Positions 1-11,389 of a DNA stretch of 64,000 nt are shown one piece after another (position 1 is the first letter of the stretch; the number at the start of each line of letters is the position of its first letter). The translations under genes were made by a program, and so were the position numbers. Below the pieces are notes generated by a model that saw only the letters and a program-made list of their open reading frames with translations, searched no databases and was not told where the DNA came from. The stretch is from Euprymna scolopes (lineage: Eukaryota): assembly GCA_053919585.1 (NCBI GenBank), contig CM132790.1. One strand, written 5' to 3'.

Positions 1-616
1 TGCGTTGTCATGCCAAAGGTATGCAGTTGTTGTTGAACGCACGCGGTGTCATGGAAGTCTTCTGTATTAACTTTTTTTAGCGCATGTCCGCTTTATAGGT
101 ATAAAATTTGATATTAAAGCTCTTGGAAGCATTATTTAAAAAACATATTTTTGAATAAACAGACAAAACTAATAATGGATCTGATATGGTCCGAAATTAA
201 TAAGAAATATTTCAACTTCAAAAAAAAAAATAAATACATATAAAAAGGAAAAAAAAAGAAAGGAAAAGAGAATTTGAATGATTTTTTTCTTTTAATAAAA
301 TTTTTCATCTTAATGTGTTCCAAAAACAGTTTTATCTGTTTATTCATAGTTTTTTTTTTTTTATTTTTAAAGATGCTTCGGAGTGCTTTAATACCAAAGT
401 TTATATTTTTATCTTTTTGTTTACTCAAACTGGATTTTTGAAAAAAGAAAAAAACAAGTTTTCTTGAAGTTTTCAATAGAATTAGACTTTATAACTTATA
501 AGCCGTTATGAATTTAAGTCGAGTAAGTGTTGGGGTGTCGCATAGCGATTTCTGCTGATTATAAAATTCGACTATCTGAAGCCTCGATATCTAATTTCGT
601 TTTTGAGGAGGGACAA

Positions 617-763
617 TTTGTTTTTATTATCTTACAGTCCCGATGAAGTACGTAAATTTATTTGTTTTTATTATCTTACAGTCCCGATGAAGTACGTAAA
701 TTTATTTGTTTTTATTATCTTACGGTCTCGATGAAGTAAGTAAATTTATTTGTTTTTATTATC
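617..763. repeat. 44-bp minisatellite, left part (~3 units), interrupted by the LTR element
   Basis: Unit TTATCTTACAGTCCCGATGAAGTACGTAAATTTATTTGTTTTTA; CGATG recurs at 641, 685 and 729; the array resumes at 7031. Confidence 0.95.
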
Positions 764-1041
764 TGTTGTAAATAATACATAGCTTACCTGAGTGTAGCTG
801 CCGGAGTGAGGATGGTCTTCCAACAATCAAGAAGAACAATAGCAGTGTGGTTATTTATGCTAATAGAGTAAGGTAAATTGTTATAAAAACCTTCCTCCTT
901 TGTGAAGAGTCAGTCATTATTTTTTTTTATGTTACTGTGGTTACAAGACCTGAGAAGAAGGTCGCGAAGAAAATTGTATTTTTTTCGCAACCTCACTTCA
1001 GGTTAGCTACTCTTAGTTATATGACTTTTTTTTTTCCAACA
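764..1041 (+). repeat. 5' LTR (278 bp)
   Basis: TGTTGTAAAT...TTCCAACA; by eye it differs from the 3' LTR by 2 substitutions and 3 nt of poly-T length. Confidence 0.95.
882..915 (+). promoter_or_regulatory. Putative LTR core promoter: TATA box and initiator
   Basis: TATAAAA at 882-888; TCAGTC Inr-like motif at 910-915 with its A (912) 30 nt after the TATA start. Confidence 0.6.
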
Positions 1042-1043
1042 AT

Positions 1044-1059
1044 TTGCGAAAAAAATACA
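1044..1059 (+). promoter_or_regulatory. Non-tRNA primer-binding site complementary to the element's own LTR
   Basis: TTGCGAAAAAAATACA starts 2 nt after the LTR-terminal CA and is the exact reverse complement of LTR 975-990 (and 6965-6980); no TGG tRNA-type PBS is present. Confidence 0.7.
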
Positions 1060-1151
1060 TTAGTTCAACACAATTTCTTACAGAACTTTGAGTCATTAGT
1101 AACAGCAATTAGTGACAACTCTGGAAATTGTTCGATTACCCGTACAAGGAT

Positions 1152-4100
1152 ATGGAGACCTCTGGTACTTCAACTGTTGCAGATTCCAAGGAGCGACACC
1201 GTAACCAGATTTCCATTCTGAAGATGAAAATCAAGGGTAGGCTTCGTTTGTCCCGTGGCCCAGAGATCACTCCTGCTGTATTTTCTGTATTCCACAGGGA
1301 AATTTTGGAATATATCAACGAAGTTGAAATCTCCATCTGCAAGTTGCAACTTTCCTGTGTCTCTGAAGAGGAAAGAGAACTTATGGAGTCCGATTGGCTA
1401 AGTTACCAGCTGAATTTACGGAAGGAATTAGAAGATCTCTCACTCTTGTTACATCCTCCAGAGGCTAGTGGCTATTCGGAGCGACCTTCCCTTCCATATA
1501 CGCCTGGACCTTCTACGGATAGAGCTAATTCATCATTCACTGTTAGACTACCTCAAGTTCAAATCACTGGACCAACGTTCAGTGGTCGTGAAATGGAAAA
1601 CGATAGAATGAGTTTTTACAATTTCTTATCTCGATTTGAAAATTGTGCAGCAGGCATGGCAAATGACGCAGAAAAGTTAAACTTTTTAAAATGCTCGGTG
1701 TCTGGGAGACCTCTGCTGCTGATTAATCACTTAAGTTGCATCAATACAAATTATCAGCAAGCACTGGCAGTATTGAAACGAGAATATTTAGATGTGAGTG
1801 ACATCATTGATAAGATATTCCAAGATATTATCGATTTCTCCCCCAAGGGGGAAAATTCTTATGAGGATCTTGGTAGTTTCATCTGCAGAACAGCTTCCAT
1901 TCTGGAAGAACTGGCCAGCTCTCTCGATTGTGATTTCTCTGAGGATGGTTCTGCAGGGGCCCGATTAATGGCCAAAATACTTTTTTTGAAATTTCCGAGA
2001 GCATTGAAGGGAGAGCTTATACAGTTATGTGGCTCTAGAATTCCTTCTCTGTCTGTTTTAATGCGAGACACCAGTGAGGCTATTAAACGCTTGCTAATTA
2101 AAGGCGGCGGGTTGCCTGGTTCTTCGGATATCCATCGAAACAATTCTCGGGTAACCGTTTCAAAATCTAGAGCCACTACAACCAGAGATGTTTCTTTCCG
2201 CATAGATTCAGATTGTCAGGCTCCTTCTGGTTACTCGAGTAAACTACCTCCTCTGATTTGTGTTACCTTCGGTCGAGGAGGAAGAACCATCTCTGTAAAC
2301 TGCCTATTGGATACTGGCAGTGGCAGAACGTATTTGTCTGGTGATGTCTTGCACTCCTTGGGTTCCTTGAGTTCTGACGGTTTGGATTGTCATTTGAGGC
2401 TGACTACACTTCTCGGAGAATGTGAGCAAGTATACAGAGAGGTGAAACTGGATGTGGACTTGGGGTCTGGTCATGTGGGGCACTTTCCGGTACTGGTTGC
2501 CAACTCATTGGACCTATCCTTATATCTAAAAAATTGGCATTTGCTGTTGGAGGAGTTCAAGCGAACTGGATGTTCTCTGGCTGGGCAATTTGAATCTGTC
2601 ACTGATGCGGTGGCTATAAGTGGAATTATGGGTCTGGATCTGGTGCAACATTTGGGCCCCTTACAGTTGGTGCCTTGTTTGGGGGTCGGGCTTTCTCTGT
2701 TCCTGCTGGTTTGATTCCCTTTGGTGAGGTGGACACTTTTTTTCTACAAATCCTGCCCCTATTTCAAGAGATTATACGTTGTTCAGTGCAGTGATGGAGA
2801 ATACTCCCCAAGTGGAATCATCGCATGTTTGCTTCATCCTGGAAGCCGACCCTACCTATGCGGACCCCTGGGTGGATGTCTTTCCCTCTAGCGATGTGGA
2901 AAGAGGATTAGAGAAAATGTTCAGCATTGAGTCATTGGGCATTCAGGACGGAGAAGAAATTTCAGGATATGATTAGAGTATGATTCGGCAGTTCCAGGAA
3001 TCTATAATATTCAGGGATGGTAAATATCATGTGCAATTACCCTGGCATGCAGATAAGCTGGCTCTGGTTCCTTCTAATCATGCTATTGCTTTGCACGTTT
3101 TGGATCGTGTGGTCAGGAGCCTGGAGAAGAAGGGGCTGTACCAGGAGTATGTAGATGTATTCCTTCAGCAGCTACAAGAGGGCATCATAGAGGAAATACA
3201 GGTGGATCCTCAAAATTTTGTGGACTATGTATGGGTGCCTCATCGGCCAGTTTTCAAGACGGATCCGGCAGCTACTACTAAAATCAGGCCTGTATTTAAC
3301 TGTAGCTTGAAGGTCGGTAACTCTGCCTCTCTTAACGAGGCTGCATACTCTGGTGTGAATATGACAGGAGATATGTTGGACCTGTTGATGTCTTTTAGTT
3401 TTTTTTTGTTGATTTTTAGTCTTGATTGCAGACATCAGGAAAGCTTTCTTGATGGTTCGCCTTGCACTGGAGGCAGACAAGAACAGGTTCTGTTTTTTTG
3501 TGAAGGATGGTGATCGCCTTCGATGTTTCCGCTATGCCACATTGATTTTCCGGTTCACCTCGAGTCCCTTTATATTGGGAAGTATCTTGAAGTTTCATGC
3601 AGCCCAATATCCCTTTGATGAATGTCGAGTTGCGATGGAGAACCAATTCTATGTCGACAACCTGGTGGTTACTGAGTCTGACCCAGCAAAGCTTGTAAGG
3701 CTGTATTCCCAGGTTAGGAGGCGGTTGCAGGAAGGTGGATTTGTGGTGCAGTCCTGTAACTCAAACTGCGACAGCCTTAGGGAGGAGATGAGGAAAGATG
3801 GTACATTGAGTACTCATGAGGCCGGATGGGAGATGGTGCTCGGGTACCGGTATGATCCCGCACTGCTCCTGTTAAGTGTGATCCGAGTGCATCTACTAAG
3901 AGGCGAATCCTTTCGGAATCGGCAAAGGTATTTGATCCCTTATCTCTTTGCCTGCCTGTGACTATAAGGAGTAGGATTTTGGTGGGAGAATTATGGAAGC
4001 GAGGCGTGCAATGGGATGAGGAAGTCTCTCCAGAGTTTCAGTCTTCTTGGAGGAACCTGGCAGAAGACTTATCTAAATTGAGTGACATGCATTTCTGCAG

Positions 4101-6501
4101 ACAGGCCCATGACGGGAACCGAACTGGAGAGTTATACCTGTTTTGTGACGCTTCTAAAGAAGCATATGGATTTGCAGCCTACTATGTTCAGTACAACAAT
4201 TCTGCATTGATCTTTGCCAAAGCACGAGTGGCTCCAGTGAAGGATAAGACATTACCAACTTTAGAACTAATGGCGGTATTTCTTGCTCTGAAGTGTTTGC
4301 CCACTATCTTGGTAGGATGCAAGGGTGTCCGCCCTTCTAGGTTGTGTGTGGTAACAGATGCACAAGTAGTATTGTCATGGATTTTATCAGAAACGATGAC
4401 TAGTAAAAGCATCTTTGCTAGAAACAGGTTAAAGGATGTGCTGCTAATGAGCTTGGATTTGGAAACGAATTACGGCATCAGGCCGACCTTTAGGTATGTT
4501 TCTACCACCGAAAACCCGGCTGACTTGATCACTCATGGATTAACGATAAGGAAGTTCCGAGACAACTTTGACTTTTGGTACTATGGCCCTTCTTGGTTGC
4601 GCGGTGGGGTCTTGACTTGGCCGGAGCAGGAGTTGCCCTGTCTTGATGATAGGTGCCAGCAGATTGTTCGTTCATCAACAAATTTTGCGGTGATTGTGGA
4701 TGAGGAGTGTGCTTCGGTGATCTCCATGCGGCGGTTCTCTACGTTTACCCGTTTGTTGAGGGTAACTTCTTTAGTCTTCCGATTCATCGGCTTGATGAGG
4801 AAAAGGGAAGACAACTACAACAAGAAAGCCGCAATTTACTTAATAAAATGTTCTCAACAGCAGGAATTTATGGCTGAATTGAATTACCAGCGGAATCCTA
4901 TGGTAAAGCCTGCACCTAATCGTGTTCGAGCACTAGATCTTTTTCTGGATGAGGAAGGGTTGATCCGCTCGCATGGACGGCTGGACAGGTCTTCTCAGTT
5001 TTCTTATGAAGTTAAGAATCCCTTGTTGCTGGGCAAGAATCATCACCTGACCCGACTTGTAATATTAGACTGCCATCTTAAATGTTCCCATCTGGGTACA
5101 GGATCAACCTTAACGGAATTGAGATGTCAAGGATACTGGGTGCCTCAAGGGAGGCAGGCAGTCAAAAATGCCCTGAATTCCTGCACAAGGTGTAAAAGAT
5201 ACAATTCTAGGCCGGTACTGCCTGAGAACATGGCCAATCTACCAACTTCTCGTGTCGAATTTGAGGTTCCTTATAGGAATACTGGAGTGGACTTCACAGG
5301 ACATTTTTGGGTGAAGGAGGGTAACAGTGAGAAAAAAATGTATCTGTTGTTGTTCACTTGTTTGAGTGTAAGAGCAGTGCATATAGAGGTGGTACCTGAC
5401 ATGAGTATATTGTCCTTTTTTCAGGCTCTAGTCAGATTTACTAATGCACATGGTGTTCCAGAGTCAATTCTCAGCGACAACGCAAAAACCTTTCTGGGTA
5501 GTGGAAGACTGTTTAAGCGCCTTTGTCTTCTCCAGGACTACCAGGCCAAATTTGGGTCATGTAACATTAAGTAGGAGACAATTCCTCTATTTTCCCCCTG
5601 GGTTGGAGGTGTATGGGAGCGTAGCATCAAGACTTTAAAATCTTGCCTATACAAGGTCATTGGTAGGGGTAAGGTAGATTATTATACCTTCCTAACTATT
5701 GTCTCAGATATTCAGCGGGCTGTAAACAACAGGCCCCTTACTTATCAAGAGTCCGCTGACAGGCAACCAATGATTATCACACCCAATATGTTTATTAGAC
5801 CCAATAAAAGCCCTGGTCTATTGGTACCGTTGGGAAGAGATGATCTCTCCACCATGGTTCCTCCCAGCCGGAGAAGGTTGATCGAGACGATTGGATTACG
5901 AAATGAATGGTTGTCAAGATTTAGAGAACTGTGGTACAGGGAGTACCTTCTGGATCTTAGAGGAAGGATGCCAGGAAGATCTCGGATACCATTTCAGAAT
6001 CGCATTAAAAGAAATGATGTAGTCTTGGTCAAGAGCCCTTTAAAACCACGACCCTTTTGGATGTTGGGTACTATACTTGAGGTTCTCCCAGGACAAGATG
6101 GAGTGGTGAGGACAGTTCGTGTCAGACAGGGCGACGGTGTGGTGAACGTCCATTCACTGAAGAATTTATATCCAATAGAAATTTCACAATCTGATGATGA
6201 TCTTGGGGAAAGTGAACCAAATCAGGCGGGTGCATCCTCGCCTGTTGCTGCAGGTAGCAGTCAAAACCAGGAATCCTCTAGTTCATTTTCGGAAGGAGAT
6301 GGCACCATTTGGTTGTGTCCTGCCTGCAATAGACCTCAAGGGAACCAAGATATGATATGCTGCGATTCCTGTGATGAGTGGTATCATTTTGAGTGTGTTG
6401 GAATTGACTTGGCTCCACCCGCTAGACATAAATGGTACTGCAGTGATTGTGCACCTCAAAGGAGACGAAGGGGTAGACCTAGTCTGTTACCCGATCAATA
6501 G
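1152..6501 (+). pseudogene. Disrupted gag-pol polyprotein of the BEL/Pao element
   Basis: ORF pieces 1128-2714 (DUF1759-like Gag, protease LLDTGS), 2779-3513, 3422-3961 (RT YVDN 3650-3661), 3958-5574 (RNase H, IN HHCC, GVDFTG, SDNA), WERS after a TAG at 5572, and 5770-6501 (IN C-terminus, PHD). About 4 frameshifts and 2 in-frame stops. Confidence 0.9.
6307..6480 (+). other. C4HC3 PHD finger plus AT-hook at the integrase C-terminus
   Basis: IWLCPACNRPQGNQDMICCDSCDEWYHFECVGIDLAPPARHKWYCSDC then RRRRGRP, in frame with the integrase and inside the LTRs. Confidence 0.9.
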
Positions 6502-6664
6502 AAGTAGTCTTGGGTAGGACTATAAACTACAACCGACAGCGGGGCCTAGGCTAAGGGACAGAATGAGGGTACCCTGAACCACTGTTACCTCCAGGTAGCC
6601 CTTGACTGAGGCCTAGCACCTGTTAGTCCCCCTGCAGGGTCACGCCAACTTAGTTTTTTTATGA

Positions 6665-6666
<2 letters not shown>

Positions 6667-6723
<57 letters not shown>
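6667..6723. repeat. (AT)n microsatellite in the element's 3' UTR
   Basis: Pure AT run. Confidence 0.95.
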
Positions 6724-6728
<5 letters not shown>

Positions 6729-6748
6729 CACTTTTTTTTTCTTTTGTT

Positions 6749-6755
6749 GGGAGAG
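6749..6755 (+). promoter_or_regulatory. Short polypurine tract
   Basis: GGGAGAG abuts the 3' LTR and follows a T-rich tract. Confidence 0.6.
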
Positions 6756-7030
6756 TGTTGTAAATAATACATAGCTTACCTGAGTGTAGCTGCCGGAGTG
6801 AGGATGGTCTTCCAACAATCAAGAAGAACAATAGCATTGTGGTTATTTATGCTAATAGAGTAAGGTAAATTGTTATAAAAACCTTCCTCCTTTGTGAAGA
6901 GTCAGTCATTATTTTTTTATGTTACTGTGGTTACAAGACCTGAGAAGAAGGTCGCGAAGAAGATTGTATTTTTTTCGCAACCTCACTTCAGGTTAGCTAC
7001 TCTTAGTTATATGACTTTTTTTTTCCAACA
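6756..7030 (+). repeat. 3' LTR (275 bp)
   Basis: Near-identical copy of 764-1041. Confidence 0.95.
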
Positions 7031-7168
7031 TATCTTACAGTCCCGATGAAGTACGTAAATTTATTTGTTTTTATTATCTTACGGTCTCGATGAAGTACGT
7101 AAATTTATTTGTTTTTATTATCTTACGGTCCAGATGAAGTACGTAAATTTATTTGTTTTTATTATCTT
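7031..7168. repeat. 44-bp minisatellite, right part (~3 units)
   Basis: Same unit as 617-763, in register across the insertion. Confidence 0.95.
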
Positions 7169-8314
7169 GTTGTCAACTTAGAACATAGAATTTAGTTATT
7201 GTAAATATTACTTTCATTACGTTAAATAGTTAACCTTCCTTTGATGTTTTGTAATGTTAGATTAATGTACCACACACAACAAATGTTACATCCAAATACA
7301 GATAAACATGATCGGACGTAAAAATAAAATACATCTGAAGAAGAAAGTCTAGAAAGTCTAGAAATAGCACAAATATTAATATCAACGTTAATGTGCAGAA
7401 TAATTCGAGATGTAACAAGTGAGTAAACCGCGATAAGATATGTTTTCAGAAAAGAGCATTTGTTGAATCGGTTAACGTTTGTGTGGTGTCCCTTCTATTA
7501 AATGCCTTCCCCATTACATGTCGATGAAAATAAAATGGTCCAATATTTTCTAACCTTTCACTTTTTAATGCCTCAGATATCTGGTATTTACCTTAGATTC
7601 CTTTGGTGAAAAATAGGGCATCATGGCTGTGTTGGGGGAGGGAAAATGTATCTTCCAGGGTCAGACAGTAGCATCAATATATCCGTGATATACAAGGTGT
7701 GCCAAAAGTTTTAAACACATTTTGACAATGAATATCTCAAGAACGATTAAGGAAAATCAATAGCTTAAAAAAAAAACTTAATGCATTTAGCTTTAAAATG
7801 GCACCTCGTCTATCTTACTACCATTTATAGTTAAGCAAGTATGAGGACTTGAAATGTGCCTAAGATTTTTAGAATACCCTGTACTAACACACAACGCACG
7901 ATTGGTGACAACAAGAATAAAATATAAATGCCACGGTACAGGGAAATGTTGTGCCTTACAAAAAATTGGATAAAAGGAATTAAAAGTATTTACTTATTAC
8001 ACAATTTTGTTTGAACAGAAAGTTCTATGATGTAAATCTCTCGGGTTCTGGGCATGGCGAGAAGAAATAGAGCCTCATTCTCGAGTGACAATCATGGAAG
8101 TCGCTGAGTTACGAAACACATTATCTACAGTCACTTTATTGGAAAGGTAAATTTACAAGCAAGATAGTTTTATCCTTACAACTCCTTTGGATTTAATTTT
8201 CAATATTTTATGTTTTTAATCCTATCTGATAATGAAAGGATATTAAACTTTTAATTTTTTTTTTTTTTCATATTCATTTTAAGTTATAAGAATTTAAAAG
8301 CAAACAAATTTGGT

Positions 8315-8460
8315 AGTGGAGGTCTAGTTAGAGCCTTCTCTCCTCGGTCTTTCTATCCTCCTTGACCCTTCTTATTTATTTGGCGTGGTGCCAGTTGATG
8401 GTGACACGCAAAAAAGGGGGATGTACCTTATAATTATGCCGTTGGTTCCATGTGATGTTC
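8315..8460. repeat. Dispersed repeat fragment, family unassigned
   Basis: GGAGGTCTAGTTAG...CTTTCTATCCTCCTTGACCCT...GACACGCAAAAAA also occurs at ~62595-62690. Confidence 0.65.
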
Positions 8461-8744
8461 NNNNNNNNNNNNNNNNNNNNNNNNNNNNNNNNNNNNNNNN
8501 NNNNNNNNNNNNNNNNNNNNNNNNNNNNNNNNNNNNNNNNNNNNNNNNNNNNNNNNNNNNNNNNNNNNNNNNNNNNNNNNNNNNNNNNNNNNNNNNNNNN
8601 NNNNNTTTCACATAAGTCAATAAACGATCTGATTGGAAACCTGTGGTGTTCTCTGGAAGCTGAGTGACAACAAGTTACCCCAGACGTCCAGCTCTCTCCA
8701 CCTCCTTCAATAGCATTTGCAAATTTCTTTAATTCTATTTTTAA

Positions 8745-8892
8745 GCTAAACACTCTGCATTATAAGATGAAGAATCATGGATAAGTGGAGTAATCTTGGG
8801 GAAACAGTATCGCCCCTTCTACACTGTTTTGTAGCAAATGAAACCGGAGCCTTTGGATCGCCCTCGATTATTGTCGACCACTTTACTTTTAC
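8745..8892. mobile_element. Degenerate SINE-like interspersed repeat
   Basis: Minus strand GTAAAAGTAAAGTGGTCGAC...GAGGGCGATCCAAAGGCTCC resembles a common invertebrate SINE body; recognised from memory, not searched. Confidence 0.35.
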
Positions 8893-9721
8893 TGTGTTGT
8901 TGAATGGTTTAGCTCGTGATCCGTTCAACTTATATTTGAATATATTTTCAAATGAAAGACAATAATGCTGTTTAATTATTTTCTTATTTAAATGTGTATT
9001 TAAAATATATAAACCATATATTATCAAGATTAATTCATAAGAAAGAAAAAAACTTTTTTTTCTTAAAAGTTCAAGTTTATATGCACTTAATATAAACATT
9101 TACTTTCTTGCCTTTCTAGTTTAACAAATCTCTTTCAATTGCCAAAGTTAAAAAAACTTTTGTGGATATATTTGTTTGATAAGCTTTAATAATAGCGATG
9201 GAGAGGAACCTGTGCAATTTTTAAAATTTTAATGTAGCAAGCTGCCTCCTACATAAATTGTTGCTATCATTTTCGTTGCAAATATTTTTTAATCAATGTT
9301 GATAACAATAATATTTGAGATTATTCAAATATATTTTATTAGGAAATGTATTATTTTAATACAGTTGAATTAAAGTGGTACGAGAGGGTGTATATTTCCT
9401 TGGACCCCCTTACCCTCGCCTCCCTCTTTAAAATTTATTACTTTTAGTCAGGAATGCATTCTTTTTGTCTACAATTAAAAAACTACAAGCTCGTTACGTG
9501 AGCTAGAAAAGTCTGCAAATGACATTGGTCTTTACCTTAATGCAGATAAAACAAAGTTTATGACTTTCAATGGGGGGAGGCGAAGATCAAAGCTCTAGAT
9601 GGAACAGCACTGAAAGAAGTCACTGAATTTACGTACCTGAGCAGCAACATAGGTTCCACGGAGAGAGAGAGATGTCGAAATTCGCATCTCAAAAGCATGG
9701 GCTGCATTGGATAAGCTGCGG

Positions 9722-10759
9722 TAGGTGTATCAGAATTTTTGTAGGAATTTTTGACACCCCTAACACGAAACTGCGAATACAATATAAAAATCTCGGAATT
9801 TCTCTGTTAAAAGTGGCTTATTTATTTTCTTTATGGATTATACTTCCAAAATAAACTATTACAGTTGTTTTAAAAGTAATAGAAATATTTTTTTTTTAAA
9901 CAGTAATGAATTTTCCGAACTCAATATTTTTCAATTTTTAAACTTTAAAAATCTATCAAAATTTTTCTATTGATTCTATTTTTACGATATTTTCAGGGTC
10001 AATGTGAAATTTTATGTTCTTTCCAATAAACCGAATATAATATTTTAGACAAACGTTTTTTTTTAATTCACGCCCCCCCCAAGTGTCACCCATTTTGAAA
10101 TGTCTATTAAAAAGTAAATAATTAATTTATGTCGGGGAGTTTTATATATCACAAATTGAAGAGAAAAGGTCAATAAATAATATATTCAAATTTAAAACAA
10201 AAAAAATCGCTTTTTTAGAAATTTACCTGTAAAGTCCGAAGTTTAAAACCTTATTTTATAAGAACACATTGTTTTTTTTTTTGTCTTTTTTTTTGTCTTT
10301 TTTTTTTTAATGAAACCTTCGTCCTTGCTCCTTTAATTGAAAAAATAATTAGGGCTTGAATTACATTTTTCGAGGAGTTATAAGCTTGGAAAGACAGGGG
10401 GTCGAATAATTCACGCCTCTCATTTTGAAATGTCTATTAAAAAGTAAATAATTAATTATGTCGGGGAGTTTTATATATCACAAATTGAAGAGAAAAGGTC
10501 AATAAATAATATATTCAAATTTAAAACAAAAAAATCGCGTTTTTAGAAATTTACCTGTAAAGTCCGAAATTTAAAACCTTTTTTTTTTTTTAAAAAAACA
10601 CATTGTTTTTTCTTTTTGTTTTTTTTTTAATAAAACCTTGGTCCTTGCTCCTTTAATTGAAAAAAAAATAGGGCTTGAATTAAATTTTTCGAGGAGTTAT
10701 AAGCTTGGAAAGATGGGGTGGAATTATTCACTATTTTCACGAAATTTCTGACACTGCTA
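9722..10759. mobile_element. Non-autonomous DNA transposon, probably MULE-type
   Basis: AAGCTGCGG duplicated at 9713-9721 and 10760-10768; imperfect TIRs TAGGTGTATCAGAATTTT / AAATTTCTGACACTGCTA; internal ~330-bp direct duplication. Confidence 0.7.
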
Positions 10760-10949
10760 AAGCTGCGGTCAGTATTGACTTCAAGGCTAACTGACAAACT
10801 GAAAAGGCAATTCTTCAGAGCAGTGTTGAAGTCTACCTTTGTTTACCGTGCTACAACCTGGACACCTACCAAAAGATTGGAAAGAAAGCTAGACGGCACG
10901 CACACCCGTATGCAATGAACAGTGTTAAATATATCTTGGCAAGATCATC

Positions 10950-11389
10950 AGTGCCTACGCCTCATCCTTCGGATTCGCTGGCAGCAATTTGTTACCAACA
11001 CTGATGTCCGCGCGCGCTGCAAGACGTCCTCTCTGCCACAAACCATCCGCTTGAGGAGACTACGTTGGTTTGGCCATGCCCTTCGTCGACAGACGACTGA
11101 TTTCATCAAGCCATTGACCTGCCTCCACTACAGGATTGGAAGAAGCGATGCGGAGGAAAACTGAAGACCTGGATCAGGACGGTGAAGGAAGGCTCTGATC
11201 TGATTCTAGGCCCTCAACTCTACAGAATACGACGCTGGAATCGGGAATGGCTCTCGCTAATGGCTACTGCGGCATCGGATCGCCGGGCGTGGTCAAACTC
11301 AATTCGAGATGCAGCTAACTCAACGGGTGGAGCCGGCTTAACTGTTCCGCGGCGATAGCCGAAACAAACAACAACAAACAAACGATAAA
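10950..11389 (+). mobile_element. 5'-truncated second RTE-type LINE inserted in the first
   Basis: QCLRLILRIRWQQFVTNTDVR..RRLRWFGHALRR; (CAAA/CAA)n tail at ~11362-11383; TSD-like AAGATCATC (10941) / AAGATTATC (11390). Confidence 0.75.

Larger units (their letters stand above)
764..7030 (+). mobile_element. Full-length BEL/Pao LTR retrotransposon with a PHD-bearing integrase
   Basis: Paired TG...CA LTRs; TATC duplicated on both sides (760-763, 7031-7034); Gag-PR-RT-RNaseH-IN order with BEL/Pao-type motifs (ADIRKAFL, YVDN, FCDASKEAYG, LPTLELMA, WYREYL). Confidence 0.95.

Noticed and set aside
617-763. Hammerhead in the 44-bp minisatellite (CCGATGAAG)
   Set aside because: No CUGA core, no GAAA and no stems
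5770-6501. Independent host PHD gene
   Set aside because: Lies inside the LTRs, is intronless and is in frame with the integrase across a single TAG
8019-8146. Possible upstream LOXL exon bounded by AG and GT
   Set aside because: Stops in all three frames and no SRCR similarity
8372-8753. ORFs with X runs here and at the other six gaps
   Set aside because: Artefacts of N gaps; only the exon part of ORF 57275-57853 is real
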